A DNA stretch of 64,000 nt, taken from positions 1 to 64,000 of the forward strand of contig JAUSFL010000023.1 in the NCBI GenBank assembly GCA_030649735.1. The letters are read 5' to 3'. Each line of letters starts with the position of its first letter. Within the stretch, counting starts at the first letter, position 1. The position numbers and the translations under genes were made by a program. This document shows positions 17,268-27,421 of this stretch, piece by piece. The stretch is from Candidatus Iainarchaeum sp. Lineage in GTDB: Archaea > Iainarchaeota > Iainarchaeia > Iainarchaeales > UBA10191. Below the pieces are notes generated by a model. That model saw nothing but the letters and a program-made list of their open reading frames with translations. It was not told where the DNA came from and searched no databases.

Positions 17268-17642
17268 ATGATTTCTGGCTTTAGGGCGCAGATTTCCACA
17301 GAGGCTTTGTTCGCTGTTGTCATTATCTTGATCATTGGGCTTGTAATAAGCGTTTTTGCTTCTTTGAAAAGCTCTGAGTCTTCAGGCTTGTTCACTGCTT
17401 TTTCTGAAAAGGCGGAGTGCGAAAAGGTTTCTTCAATAATTTATTCCCTTTCCAATTCCAGCGCAAAGCCAAGCGTTGTTTTTGACTTGGACTTGAATGC
17501 TTCGGTTCTGAACGGCTTTGTTTATGTCGGGGAGTATTATTGCGATTTTTTGGGTTCTGCTTCTGACGCGAATATTTCTTCAGGCACTTGGATTGCTTCA
17601 AAGAATTCTCAAGGGGTTGTTGTTTTTGCCAAAGTCGCTTGA
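17268..17642 (+). CDS. Type IV pilin-like protein
   Basis: RA|QISTEALFAV class III signal peptide. Confidence 0.82.
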   Translation: MISGFRAQISTEALFAVVIILIIGLVISVFASLKSSESSGLFTAFSEKAECEKVSSIIYSLSNSSAKPSVVFDLDLNASVLNGFVYVGEYYCDFLGSASDANISSGTWIASKNSQGVVVFAKVA

Positions 17643-18129
17643 CTCTAAAGGCCAGTCGATTTTTCTTGACCTGGCTTTTGGGGTTTTTTTGTTCTTGCTG
17701 TTGTTTGCCTTCATTTACTCGCAGTGGCAAACTAATATTTCTGTGGCAAGCCAGGAGTCTGATTTTGAAGAGCTTTCTTCAAGGGCCTTGATGTCTTGCG
17801 ATTCTTTGGTTTCTTCGGCCGGAACTCCTGCAAACTGGTTCTTGCTTTCAAGCGCGGATGACATTAACACAATTGGAATCGCAAGGAAAAAGCGTTCTCT
17901 TGACGACAGGAAGCTCTCAAGGTTTTTGTCATTGGATTATAATGTTTCCCAGCAAAAGCTGAAGCTTTCCGGCTTTGACTTTTACTTTCACTTGTTCAAT
18001 TCCAATGGAATCGATTTCAATTATGGCGTTTCTCCAGACTCAAACAAGGTTGTTGTTTCCTTGAGGAGAATTGTCGACTATCAAGGGGTGGAAAGCATTG
18101 TCGATTGCTCAGTCTACAGGCAAGAATAG
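17626..18129 (+). CDS. Type IV minor pilin-like protein
   Basis: KG|QSIFLDL signal; DSLVSSAGTPANW...IGIA motif seen in archaeal minor pilins; TTG 17626 after an SD (ORF-track start 17518). Confidence 0.8.
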   Translation: MPKSLDSKGQSIFLDLAFGVFLFLLLFAFIYSQWQTNISVASQESDFEELSSRALMSCDSLVSSAGTPANWFLLSSADDINTIGIARKKRSLDDRKLSRFLSLDYNVSQQKLKLSGFDFYFHLFNSNGIDFNYGVSPDSNKVVVSLRRIVDYQGVESIVDCSVYRQE

Positions 18130-20509
18130 CCTGAAAGGGTTTGTTTTCAGCATTGACGCTGTTTTGGCCGTGATTCTAGTAAGCTCTGCAATTCTTGCAA
18201 CGCAAACAAGCTTTTTCCAGTATTCCCATTCGTCAATCAATGTTCTTGCAAAGTCTGCTGATGACGTTTTTTCGACTTTGCAGGACACTGGGTTTTTGTT
18301 TCAGGAAACAGACAGGAATTCACTGGACAATGCCGCGCTTTCCTTTTACTTCAAGGCGAAGGGGCTTTTGCCTTCAAACTCTGGCCTTCAAGTCAGGCTT
18401 TCACAATATAATTTGAATAAGGAATCCTGCAGGCAATTCAAGGATTTTAACAACTGTTTTGCTTTGGCTGGAGAAGTCATTGTCGGTGATGCAATTGACA
18501 GCAATGAAATTGCTTTTGGAAAGCGGTTGATTGTTAAAAAGCAAAGCCCCGGAGACTGCAATATTTCCGCGCAGTTTTCAGACTTGCCGCTAAATCAGTT
18601 TCCAAAAGAGTTTGGCAGTGCTTTTTTTGACACTGCTTTTTTTGCTTCTGGCGGCGATTTGAACATCGGAGTTGCCGCAAGCTATAACAGCCTTCCTTTA
18701 ATGTCTGGAAGTTCAATACAGTGTGATGAGAACATTCATGTTGACTTGAATGCTTATTTTCCAACCACTGGAAGGCCTCCAATAAACATGATTTTTGGAT
18801 CTGACAAGAGCTTGAGCATGGGGGAATGCACCATTGCCAAAGGAATTGTTTTGGACTCAAATAAAGGAACAACCTCTTCAACTTTCGTCAAAATTCACGA
18901 GTTTTCTTTAAGCGACAATAATGCTTTTGATGTCTTGCTTGAATGGTCTGCCACTTGTTCTTCAAACTGTCCTGAAATGTACGTTGTCGCGCCTAATGGC
19001 ACTACAAAGTATGGCCTTGGTTTTCCTTCAACTACTGACTTGAATGTCAAAACTTGCAATTCTGGAGACTCTTTGAATTCCAAGGCTTATTATTTGGGCA
19101 AGTCCACTTTTGACTATTTGGCAGTTAACTCTAATGTCGGAAATTCTAAGTCCGGAACTTGGCAGGTTTGGGCAAGAAAGTCCGGAAGCGCGATTGATTA
19201 CAACTTGACTGTCAAAAGAATAAGGAATGATTATTTTTCCTCAAGCACTCTGACTGTTTTGCCTTGGAATAATCCAATTTCAAAGATTGAACTGGCCCAG
19301 GTTTTTATTGCAAGGTTTAATGAAAATGCTTTGTGGGATCCTGTTGCTGACGAGTATGCTTATGCTGAAATTGGCACTGACAAGAAAAGTGGCGGTAATG
19401 GTTCTTCAATACAACCTAGCAGTGGCTTAAGGCCTATTGGAGACCAGGCCTTCAAAAGCCAGTTGAAGAATCTTTCCCCAGTAAGCGTTGATTCTTCGGC
19501 TTATGGGTTTGCAATGTCTGGCGACGACATGATGAATGATATTCTTGCAGACCAGCCGTCTGCCGAAGTCCGGGCAGAAATTATTTTTGGAGATGCAAAT
19601 AGTTATGGAACTCCAAATGCGGTCGCTGCCGCGCAGGATGCAAAGGATAGGAACATTGTTGTTTTCACTGTTGGCTTTGGAAGAGACCATAATTTCACTG
19701 ACTTGAAAATGATTTCCGCAATTACTGGTGGGACTTTTTACAATGCTTCTGACGAGAATGCTTTGCTTTCAATTTTTGATACTATTGCGCAGAGGATTTT
19801 TGCGCTTTCGGGCTACGCCTACGGAATTGGAATTCCTGACTTGAATATTACAATTCCAGTCCTTGCTGGCAGTGAAATTAACACTCCAGCAAGCAATTTT
19901 CAGGGAACTTTTGAGCTTTCTTCAAGTTCTTTGCGATTTTTCATCACAGACATTAATATTTTGAGTCCTTGGTATGGATCTTATAATATTTCGTTCCCCT
20001 GCACAATGTCTTGCGCTTCGGAAAAAAAATACCTTCCGGAATTTGGAACAAATTACTCTTACACAGACACTAATGGAAATTATTACGCGAATAATTTTGA
20101 CATAAACAAGTACATTGACGTTAATTTTTTGTATAGGGACTTAAGGCTTTCTTTTATGAATGCCGAATTGTTTGATATTAACCATTTGACTGTCACTGCA
20201 CAGCTTTCTAATGTCGGCGACTTGAACACTTTAAGTTATCCTTCAGGAATGACTGACTTGAACTTTTCAGTAAATGGCTCTTTTGCCGGAACCAAGACAA
20301 TTCAAGGGCTTTGTGGGCATTTGAATCCTTTATGCGGCCTTTGGTTTGACTTAAACAGCGTGGAATTGTTTCGGGAGGGTGAAATTGAGGTTTCTATTGA
20401 CGCAAATAAGGCGCGTGATTGTCCTTTGGGGAATTCTGTAAAAATAATCTGCAATTCTCAATTAATCACCCAATTTTATGTTGTTGAGTTTGGAGTGTGG
20501 GAAAAATGA
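18071..20509 (+). CDS. Large pilin-like adhesin with split vWA domain
   Basis: KG|FVFSIDA class III signal; MIDAS-like DKSLS; AQDAKDRNIVVFTVGFG...ITGGTFYNA; start may be TTG 18098. Confidence 0.82.
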   Translation: MSTIKGWKALSIAQSTGKNSLKGFVFSIDAVLAVILVSSAILATQTSFFQYSHSSINVLAKSADDVFSTLQDTGFLFQETDRNSLDNAALSFYFKAKGLLPSNSGLQVRLSQYNLNKESCRQFKDFNNCFALAGEVIVGDAIDSNEIAFGKRLIVKKQSPGDCNISAQFSDLPLNQFPKEFGSAFFDTAFFASGGDLNIGVAASYNSLPLMSGSSIQCDENIHVDLNAYFPTTGRPPINMIFGSDKSLSMGECTIAKGIVLDSNKGTTSSTFVKIHEFSLSDNNAFDVLLEWSATCSSNCPEMYVVAPNGTTKYGLGFPSTTDLNVKTCNSGDSLNSKAYYLGKSTFDYLAVNSNVGNSKSGTWQVWARKSGSAIDYNLTVKRIRNDYFSSSTLTVLPWNNPISKIELAQVFIARFNENALWDPVADEYAYAEIGTDKKSGGNGSSIQPSSGLRPIGDQAFKSQLKNLSPVSVDSSAYGFAMSGDDMMNDILADQPSAEVRAEIIFGDANSYGTPNAVAAAQDAKDRNIVVFTVGFGRDHNFTDLKMISAITGGTFYNASDENALLSIFDTIAQRIFALSGYAYGIGIPDLNITIPVLAGSEINTPASNFQGTFELSSSSLRFFITDINILSPWYGSYNISFPCTMSCASEKKYLPEFGTNYSYTDTNGNYYANNFDINKYIDVNFLYRDLRLSFMNAELFDINHLTVTAQLSNVGDLNTLSYPSGMTDLNFSVNGSFAGTKTIQGLCGHLNPLCGLWFDLNSVELFREGEIEVSIDANKARDCPLGNSVKIICNSQLITQFYVVEFGVWEK

Positions 20510-21462
20510 GCCTGCGAATTTCCCGGAAGGGAATTTTGTTCACTTTCATGTCCTTGCTTTTGATTCTTTCACTGCTTTCATTGGTTGATTCTTTGAATTC
20601 GCAAAGGTCAAGCCTTAAGGCAAACGCGGCTTTAGTTTATTCCCTGAATTCCACTAGTTCTCGCTTTGACAACGTATATTCCGACTTTGTTTTTTTGGAC
20701 AAGGACGCCAATGCAAGGCTTGTTGACCAAAGGAACCTGCCTTTTTCATACTCTATGGATTATAATTCTTTGAGCATTGTTCAAGAGCTTCCTTTGAGGA
20801 TTAGTGTTTGGAACAATTACTTTGACCTTGTAAACGCTTATGTTATTTTTTTGAAGGACTCTAACACCGGGTTTTCAAGCGAATTTGCAGTTGATGCAAA
20901 CACTGTGAAAAACGCGATTTGGGGCGGCAGCGTTCAAGACTTGAATTTCGTGCTTTTGCCCCAGTGCCTTTTTTATGACGTGAATTCTTCGCTTTACTCG
21001 GCCGGGTTTTATTCAGCATCTTTTTCTGGCTGTTCTTTTGACTCTTCAAAAATCGGCAAGTATTCGGTAATTGTTTCCTTGAAAAGCCCTGCTGTTGAAG
21101 ACTATAATTCAATAACTTACAATATTCCCGGCTTTTCAAATCCGGCAAATCCGGCTTTTGAATTCCTGCTTTTGGACAATAACTGCGCCAAATGCTCTCT
21201 TTCCCAGGCAAGCAAGAGCATTATTGGCTATTTTGACCCGACGCAAAGCGGCTGGATTACTGTAAAGTGCGTTGGGGCTTTGTGCCATTCCAAAGACATT
21301 AATATTTTCGTCAGTTCCGGCTTGCAGGCATTTCATTCTGGAGAGCGCGTGGACGTGAATTTCACTGTAAAATTCAAGAATTTCATTGATTCCTTTTATT
21401 TCAAGGACTTTAATGCGTCAGTGACAAACAATGATTTTAACATTGTCTATTCGAATGCCTAA
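20506..21462 (+). CDS. Pilin-like secreted protein
   Basis: RKG|ILFTFMSLLL class III-like signal; Cys-containing beta-rich ectodomain. Confidence 0.75.
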   Translation: MSLRISRKGILFTFMSLLLILSLLSLVDSLNSQRSSLKANAALVYSLNSTSSRFDNVYSDFVFLDKDANARLVDQRNLPFSYSMDYNSLSIVQELPLRISVWNNYFDLVNAYVIFLKDSNTGFSSEFAVDANTVKNAIWGGSVQDLNFVLLPQCLFYDVNSSLYSAGFYSASFSGCSFDSSKIGKYSVIVSLKSPAVEDYNSITYNIPGFSNPANPAFEFLLLDNNCAKCSLSQASKSIIGYFDPTQSGWITVKCVGALCHSKDINIFVSSGLQAFHSGERVDVNFTVKFKNFIDSFYFKDFNASVTNNDFNIVYSNA

Positions 21463-21508
21463 CCGTCAGTAATTAAAAGCCAAAATGCATTATATTTAAC
21501 GTGGTTTA

Positions 21509-23365
21509 ATGGGTTTTTTCCAAAGCATAATGGAGCTTTTTGGCCTGAGAAAGAAGAAAATTCTAGATTCTTCCAGCAAGGCTGCAATCCCTGTCCAGCC
21601 TGTCCCAAGGCTTGCTGAAAAAGCCCTGCCAAAAAATTCCTTGCTTGAGGAAAAGTTTGATTCGCCTTCTTCAAGTTCTTCAAGGAAAAAGTTCGCTTTC
21701 GGGAAAAACAAGCCTGTTTTGAAGCGGGCAAAGCAAAAGTCGGTTAATCCCTTGCAGTTTGAGGTAGAGCAGATTTTGACTGCCGCGCTTTCATTGAAAA
21801 AAAAGATTGAAGCCAGGAAAAGGAAAAAGCATTCTAAATCAAAGAAAAAAAAGCCAAAAAAGCTTTCAAAAAAGCAGCAAAGGCGGCTTTTAATCAAGGA
21901 ATTGAAGGAAACTTTGACTCCATTGTCTCCCGAAGTGCTTAATAAAATGAAAAACAAGGTTTCCCGGGCAAATCCTTTGACTGCCGTTGAAATCCAGCGC
22001 TTGAGGTTTAATTTGAACAGCGGCCTTGCTGCCAAAAACCCCGAAGAGGCCGAAATCCGCACTGAAGAGCTTGACCGCATTAGAAAAACCCTTTTGGAAA
22101 AGCCCGCGGCAAGCATTACTGAAAAAGAATTGCGCACTGAAGAATTGGAAAGAATCCGCAAGTCTCTTGCAGAGCCTGGAGGAAATGGCCGCGACCGGCC
22201 TTTTCAATCAGCAGAAACACAGTCTCAAGCCTCGCAAAATAACTTTCAAGCCATTCCTAAATCTCAAAGTCTTCAACAGCAGGATTCAATGCCTTCTGTT
22301 CGGCAGCAGAATTCACAGCCGCAATTTTCCGGAATTCAAGGAACTGTTGTCCAAGTGCCTGAAGGCGCGAGCGTTTTCATAGGAAGCCAGCCGCCGCAAG
22401 TCCAGCAGGCTGTTCAGCAAAAAAAGTCTGAAGAGTCCCAATTAAGCATTGATGATGACATTTCAGCGACTGAAAGGCTGCTTAAGGCCTTGGAGCAGGA
22501 TTATTTGAAGCGCAGGATTTCAGAGCAAGAGTACAGGCAAAGGGTTTTGGACCTGAACCAAAGATTGCGCGAATTGAAAATCAAGAAGAAAATTCAGGGA
22601 GAAAAGCCTGTTGAAATAAAGCTTCCTGATTCTGAAAAACCCCTGGAAGATCCGGAACAAAAAATTCCAGCGCCCGCGCCAGCCTCAAAGCCTTTAAGAT
22701 CAAAATTTCAGTTTTCCAGGCCTTCAGTGCATTATGCTGTTCCGCAAGGCAATGATTCCTTGACTCCGGAAATGCAGAAGTTTTTGCAGGAACGGCTTGG
22801 CAAAAGCGATGACGCAAAGCTTTCAGAGCTTGAAGCGAACGTGCAAAAGCTAATGAAAAAATACAATCTTTCAGAATCAGAGGCAGAGGAAAAAATAGCG
22901 AAAATTGACAGCCCGAAGGTCTTGCAAAGCTTTGACAAGCTTGTTGACTTGATTGAGCTTGAGCAGCGCACCCAGAAATTAATGCAGGAGCAATTGCAGA
23001 TTGCAAAAGACCGTTCTCCAAAGCAGGAGGAAAAGTCCGAGTTTGGAAGCGGGTTTGAGGCAGGGGTTCCAAAAAAGAAAATTGAAGAAGTGAAGGCAAT
23101 TGTTGTTGAATTGCAAAAGCACCGCATTGTGACAGACTTTGACAAGCTTTTGGAGCTGGTTCAAAGTAAGGGAAAAGTGAGTGAAAGCGACGCATTTAAG
23201 GAATTGAAGATTTCCAAGGACAAATTAAAGGATTGCATTAATGTTTTGGAGCAGAACAATCTTGTGAGGGTTGAGTTTCCGCCGATTGGAACGTCAGTCA
23301 TTTTTGACGTTAATTACATCCCTCCAGTGAAGCTATCCAAGCAGGAAAAGAATGAAAAAAAGTGA
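21509..23365 (+). CDS. Low-complexity cytoplasmic protein with SHOCT-like segment and C-terminal winged helix
   Basis: Lys-, Gln- and Pro-rich tracts; DFDKLLELVQSKGKVS...INVLEQNNLVRVEFP; 7 bp upstream of the pilus ATPase. Confidence 0.7.
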   Translation: MGFFQSIMELFGLRKKKILDSSSKAAIPVQPVPRLAEKALPKNSLLEEKFDSPSSSSSRKKFAFGKNKPVLKRAKQKSVNPLQFEVEQILTAALSLKKKIEARKRKKHSKSKKKKPKKLSKKQQRRLLIKELKETLTPLSPEVLNKMKNKVSRANPLTAVEIQRLRFNLNSGLAAKNPEEAEIRTEELDRIRKTLLEKPAASITEKELRTEELERIRKSLAEPGGNGRDRPFQSAETQSQASQNNFQAIPKSQSLQQQDSMPSVRQQNSQPQFSGIQGTVVQVPEGASVFIGSQPPQVQQAVQQKKSEESQLSIDDDISATERLLKALEQDYLKRRISEQEYRQRVLDLNQRLRELKIKKKIQGEKPVEIKLPDSEKPLEDPEQKIPAPAPASKPLRSKFQFSRPSVHYAVPQGNDSLTPEMQKFLQERLGKSDDAKLSELEANVQKLMKKYNLSESEAEEKIAKIDSPKVLQSFDKLVDLIELEQRTQKLMQEQLQIAKDRSPKQEEKSEFGSGFEAGVPKKKIEEVKAIVVELQKHRIVTDFDKLLELVQSKGKVSESDAFKELKISKDKLKDCINVLEQNNLVRVEFPPIGTSVIFDVNYIPPVKLSKQEKNEKK

Positions 23366-23372
23366 TTTGTGA

Positions 23373-24905
23373 ATGTCGGCAAAGATTTTGGAAAATTATG
23401 ACGTGAAGGCAGACAATGTCGCCGTTGAAGTGCAGGTTGTCGAGGCAGAGAACGAGTTTGTAAGGCAGTACTTGCTCAGCATTCCAGAATACGGCCTTGG
23501 GACAAAGGCGCTTTTGGAAAACTTGAAAGCGTCAATAATAACCGATGCGGGCATCAATGCGGAGAAAATGCTCAACCCAAAATTCATGAAAGAATTAAAG
23601 GACAGGTTTGCAGAAAAAGCCGGCAAATTATTGCAGAGGGAATTGCCTGACTCAAAGCCTGAAATAAGGAACACTTTGATTGGGCTTTTGATCCATGAAA
23701 TGCTTGGCTTGGGAAAAATAGAGTTTTTGCTTGCTGACGGGAATTTGGAAGAAATTGTCATTAATTCTGCAGCAGAGCCAATTTGGGTTTATCACAAGAA
23801 GTTCGGCTGGCTGAAATCCAATGTTTTTGTCGAGCCAGAGGCTGAAATCCAGAATTTTGCAAACATCATTGCAAGAAGGGTTGGAAAGCAAATAACCACT
23901 TTGAATCCATTGCTTGACGCGCACTTGATTACTGGAGACCGCGCAAACGCGACTTTATTCCCGATTTCCACGCGCGGAAACACAATCACAATAAGGCGCT
24001 TTAGGAGAGACCCTTGGACTGTTACAGACATTATTGACAACAAGACGGCGTCTGCGGAATTAATGTCTTTGGTGTGGCTTGCAATACAGTATGAAATGAA
24101 CATTTTGATTTCCGGCGGAACTGGCTCTGGAAAAACCTCAATGCTGAACGTATGCATGCCTTTCATTGAAGCAAACAATCGAATAATATCTATTGAGGAC
24201 ACCAGGGAAATCCAATTGCCCGAGTTTTTGCACTGGGTTCCTTTGACAACGCGCGAGCCGAATTCTGAAGGCAAGGGAGAAATCTCAATGCTTGACTTGC
24301 TTGTCAATAGCTTGAGAATGCGGCCTGACAGGATAATTGTCGGAGAAGTCAGGAGGCAAAGGGAAGCCGAAGTGATGTTTGAGGCAATGCACACAGGCCA
24401 TTCAGTGTACACTACAGTGCACGCCAACACTGCCGATGAAACAATCCGCCGCTTGGTCAGCCCCCCAATAAGCATTCCGATAACAATGCTTGATTCAGTG
24501 CATTTGAACCTTGTAATGTTCAGGAACAGGCGCGTTGGCGCAAGAAGGGTTTTGCAGCTTGCCGAATACATCAGTGAAAAGCGCTCTGAAAATGAAGAGC
24601 GCGTGCGCGCGAACATTTTGTACCGCTGGAAGCCAGCCTCTGACGAAATTTCAAAGCATTCTGAAAGCATTCGATTTTATGATGAGCTTGCAATGCACAC
24701 TGGCTTCACGCCTGATGAAATGCAGGCTGACTTGAAGCAAAAGAAGGAAATCCTCGAATGGCTTGTGAAAAACAAGATTCGCGACATTTCAAGCGTTGGA
24801 AGAGTGATTGCCGAATATTATCTGGACACTTCAAGCATTACTTCGCTTGTTGAAAAAAACAAGGTTCCTTCATGGTTTGTTGAGAAGAGGGCGGTTGTAG
24901 AGTGA
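23373..24905 (+). CDS. Type IV pilus assembly ATPase (CpaF/VirB11/ArlI family)
   Basis: GGTGSGKTS, SIEDTREI, LRMRPDRIIVGEVR, AMHTGHSVYTTVHA. Confidence 0.95.
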   Translation: MSAKILENYDVKADNVAVEVQVVEAENEFVRQYLLSIPEYGLGTKALLENLKASIITDAGINAEKMLNPKFMKELKDRFAEKAGKLLQRELPDSKPEIRNTLIGLLIHEMLGLGKIEFLLADGNLEEIVINSAAEPIWVYHKKFGWLKSNVFVEPEAEIQNFANIIARRVGKQITTLNPLLDAHLITGDRANATLFPISTRGNTITIRRFRRDPWTVTDIIDNKTASAELMSLVWLAIQYEMNILISGGTGSGKTSMLNVCMPFIEANNRIISIEDTREIQLPEFLHWVPLTTREPNSEGKGEISMLDLLVNSLRMRPDRIIVGEVRRQREAEVMFEAMHTGHSVYTTVHANTADETIRRLVSPPISIPITMLDSVHLNLVMFRNRRVGARRVLQLAEYISEKRSENEERVRANILYRWKPASDEISKHSESIRFYDELAMHTGFTPDEMQADLKQKKEILEWLVKNKIRDISSVGRVIAEYYLDTSSITSLVEKNKVPSWFVEKRAVVE

Positions 24906-25810
24906 AAGCCAAGCCAAAGGCAAAAAAGAAGATTTCAATTCCTTTCGCGCCTTTTCCACTGCCTGTCTTGAAGAACATTGCGCAAAATTTTTTAGGAATC
25001 GGGGAAATGATAGCGCATGCCTTTCCATACCTTGAGCTTCAGCTAAAGCAGGCTGAAATTGAATTGAAGAAGGAAGAGTACGGCGCGATAATGTTCTTGA
25101 TGTTTGTTTTTTACTTTTTGCTTTTTGGGCTGCTTGTTTACTTTGTGGCATTAAGGCTTGCGCCAAAGCAGGCGTTGCCAATGGCTTTCACTATTGGCGG
25201 AGTTTTAGGGCTTTTGATTCTTGTTCAATTAAGCGCTTATCCAGCAATCCTTGTCAAAAAGAAAGTTCGCGACATTGAAAGGAACTTGGTTTTTGCCTTG
25301 CGCACAATGCTCATTGAAATAAAGTCCGGGGTTTCCTTGTTTGATACATTGAATGTCATTGCGCAAGGCGATTATGGGATTTTGAGCGATGAATTCAAGC
25401 AGGCAATTGATGAGATAGAGACTGGCACTGCGGAAGAGGACGCTTTGCAGAAGATTGCAATGCAAAATCCTTCATTGTTTTTCAGGAAGGCATTGTGGCA
25501 ATTGGTTAATGGAATGAAGGCCGGCGCTGATGTCGCGACTGTAATGACAGAGCTTGTCAATTCAATTGGAAAAGAGCAGGTCATTGAAATAAACCGTTAC
25601 GGCGGCTCGCTACGACTGCTTTCATTGATTTACATGATGATGGGGGTCATTATTCCTTCAATGGGCTTGACTTTGCTCATTGTGCTGTCTTCTTTTCCGC
25701 AAATCAAGATTGTGGATGAAATGTTTTGGGGACTGCTTGCATTGGTTGTTTTAATGCAGTTCATGTTTTTGGGGTTTATGAAAAGCAAGAGGCCGAATCT
25801 TATCGGGTGA
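24902..25810 (+). CDS. TadB/TadC (T2SS F) membrane platform protein
   Basis: IERNLVFALRTMLIEIKSGVSL...YGILSDEF; multiple TMs. Confidence 0.9.
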   Translation: MKAKPKAKKKISIPFAPFPLPVLKNIAQNFLGIGEMIAHAFPYLELQLKQAEIELKKEEYGAIMFLMFVFYFLLFGLLVYFVALRLAPKQALPMAFTIGGVLGLLILVQLSAYPAILVKKKVRDIERNLVFALRTMLIEIKSGVSLFDTLNVIAQGDYGILSDEFKQAIDEIETGTAEEDALQKIAMQNPSLFFRKALWQLVNGMKAGADVATVMTELVNSIGKEQVIEINRYGGSLRLLSLIYMMMGVIIPSMGLTLLIVLSSFPQIKIVDEMFWGLLALVVLMQFMFLGFMKSKRPNLIG

Positions 25811-25817
25811 ATAAAGA

Positions 25818-26801
25818 ATGGTTTACAGCAGGATTTCAGCGTTTATTCCTTCAGGCATCAGGGAAGCCTTTGCGAAAGAAATAGATTATTTAGGAATTAA
25901 TATCGAGTCCGGAAAGTTTGTCGGATTCATTTTTTCATTCGGGCTTGCCTTAAGCCTTGGCATTGCATTAAATCTTCAATTGTTTTACCAAATTCCTTTC
26001 CTGCTTTCATTCGCGCTTTTTGCGAGCCTTTTCATTGGCGGAATTTATGTCTGGCTTAGCATTACTGCGGAAAGCAAGGGAAAGTTTGTCGAAAAAATCT
26101 TGCCCGATGCCTTGCAGTTGATTGCAAGCAACATTCGCTCTGGCTTGACGACTGAAAGGGCATTATTGGTTTCTGCAAGGCCTGAATTCGGGCCTTTGGA
26201 GGAAGAGTTGAGAAAAGCATCCAAGCGCATTCTTACAGGAACTCCAATACAGGAGGCATTGTCAGACATTCCAAAGCGCATTAATTCCAAGACTGTCGAG
26301 AAAACAATTTGGCTTGTGAATAAGGGAGTTTCTTCAGGCGGCCAGATTGCGGATGTCTTGACACAGCTTTCTGACGACTTGCGGGAGCAGAATTCATTGC
26401 AGGATGAAATTCGCGCGAACATCAGCATTTATGTGATGCTCATTTTCTTTTCCGCAGCAATTGGGTCTCCAATAATGCTTGGAATTTCCTCTTTTATAGT
26501 GCAGATTCTGCACAAGCAGATTTCAGGCATTCAGACTGTTGACACTTCAAGGATTTCTGCGCATTCCAAAAGCCCGTTTTCTGGAATTCCAAAATCAAGC
26601 ATTGACCCTGACTTTGTGCTGGTTTTTGCAGAATTGTCCTTGCTTGTCACGACGATTTTTGCCTCAATGACAATGGGAATAATCAATACTGGCAATGAAA
26701 AGAACGGCTTGAAGTACTTTCCTGCCTTGCTGATTGTTTCTTTCGGGATTTTCCTGGCAATACGGTTTGTGCTTTTCACAATGTTCAAGGCAATGGTCTA
26801 G
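25818..26801 (+). CDS. TadC (T2SS F) membrane platform protein
   Basis: LPDALQLIASNIRSGLT...EFGPLEEEL; multiple TMs. Confidence 0.9.
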   Translation: MVYSRISAFIPSGIREAFAKEIDYLGINIESGKFVGFIFSFGLALSLGIALNLQLFYQIPFLLSFALFASLFIGGIYVWLSITAESKGKFVEKILPDALQLIASNIRSGLTTERALLVSARPEFGPLEEELRKASKRILTGTPIQEALSDIPKRINSKTVEKTIWLVNKGVSSGGQIADVLTQLSDDLREQNSLQDEIRANISIYVMLIFFSAAIGSPIMLGISSFIVQILHKQISGIQTVDTSRISAHSKSPFSGIPKSSIDPDFVLVFAELSLLVTTIFASMTMGIINTGNEKNGLKYFPALLIVSFGIFLAIRFVLFTMFKAMV

Positions 26802-26896
26802 TTCTATCCAAGTTTGGATTTCAGAGTCAAAGTTTGCTTTGAGCCTTTCGGCTTTTAAAAAAAAGAAAAAAGAAAGGAAGAATTATTTCCTTTCAA

Positions 26897-27310
26897 TTAA
26901 ACAGTTCCTGCAACGCAAGTTGTTGATTCAGTGTGTGAAATTCCGTTGGCAGTGTATGAGATGCTCATTACATACGTTGACCCTGCCGCTATTGGACTTG
27001 TGAAGACAGCGTTAGTGTCTGCGCTTCTTGATAAGCTAGTGCTTCCCATTAATCCCGCGCCTAAGTCTCCGCTTGCGTTAAGGTCGCTCATTGTGCCTGA
27101 AGAGCCGTTTTGGATTGCTAGGCTGATTCCTGTTGCTTGAATTGCGTAATCCTTCAACAGCAGTCTTCCGCCGAACTGCGTGCAGTTTGCTGGAGTGTTG
27201 AAAACACCGAAAGCGAACAAGGCTGCGACAACAATTACTATTACTACCAAGGCCCACCCGTAAGTCATGAGGTATTCCAAGGCTGATTGTCCCTTACTGT
27301 TCAATTGCAT
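26897..27310 (-). CDS. Type IV pilin (probable major pilin)
   Basis: KG|QSALEYLMTYGWALVVIVIV; strong SD GGAGG before ATG 27310; T-rich tract downstream. Confidence 0.9.
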   Translation of the reverse strand: MQLNSKGQSALEYLMTYGWALVVIVIVVAALFAFGVFNTPANCTQFGGRLLLKDYAIQATGISLAIQNGSSGTMSDLNASGDLGAGLMGSTSLSRSADTNAVFTSPIAAGSTYVMSISYTANGISHTESTTCVAGTV

Positions 27311-27421
27311 TCCTCCTTTTAATTTTATGAATGTAATAGTTTCTATTATGCTTTGGCAGTATTTAAACCTAATGCTGGCTTTTGTTTTTCGGAAAACTTT
27401 AAATTGTCGCATTGAGTCATT

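Noticed and set aside
18998-19006. Partial GGCACTACA match (also TAGTGCCTA near 62393)
   Set aside because: Only 9 bp match within coding sequence, which is compatible with chance.
16857-27310. Archaellum operon
   Set aside because: No archaellin or ArlF/G signatures; two TadC-like genes plus minor pilins indicate an adhesive type IV pilus.
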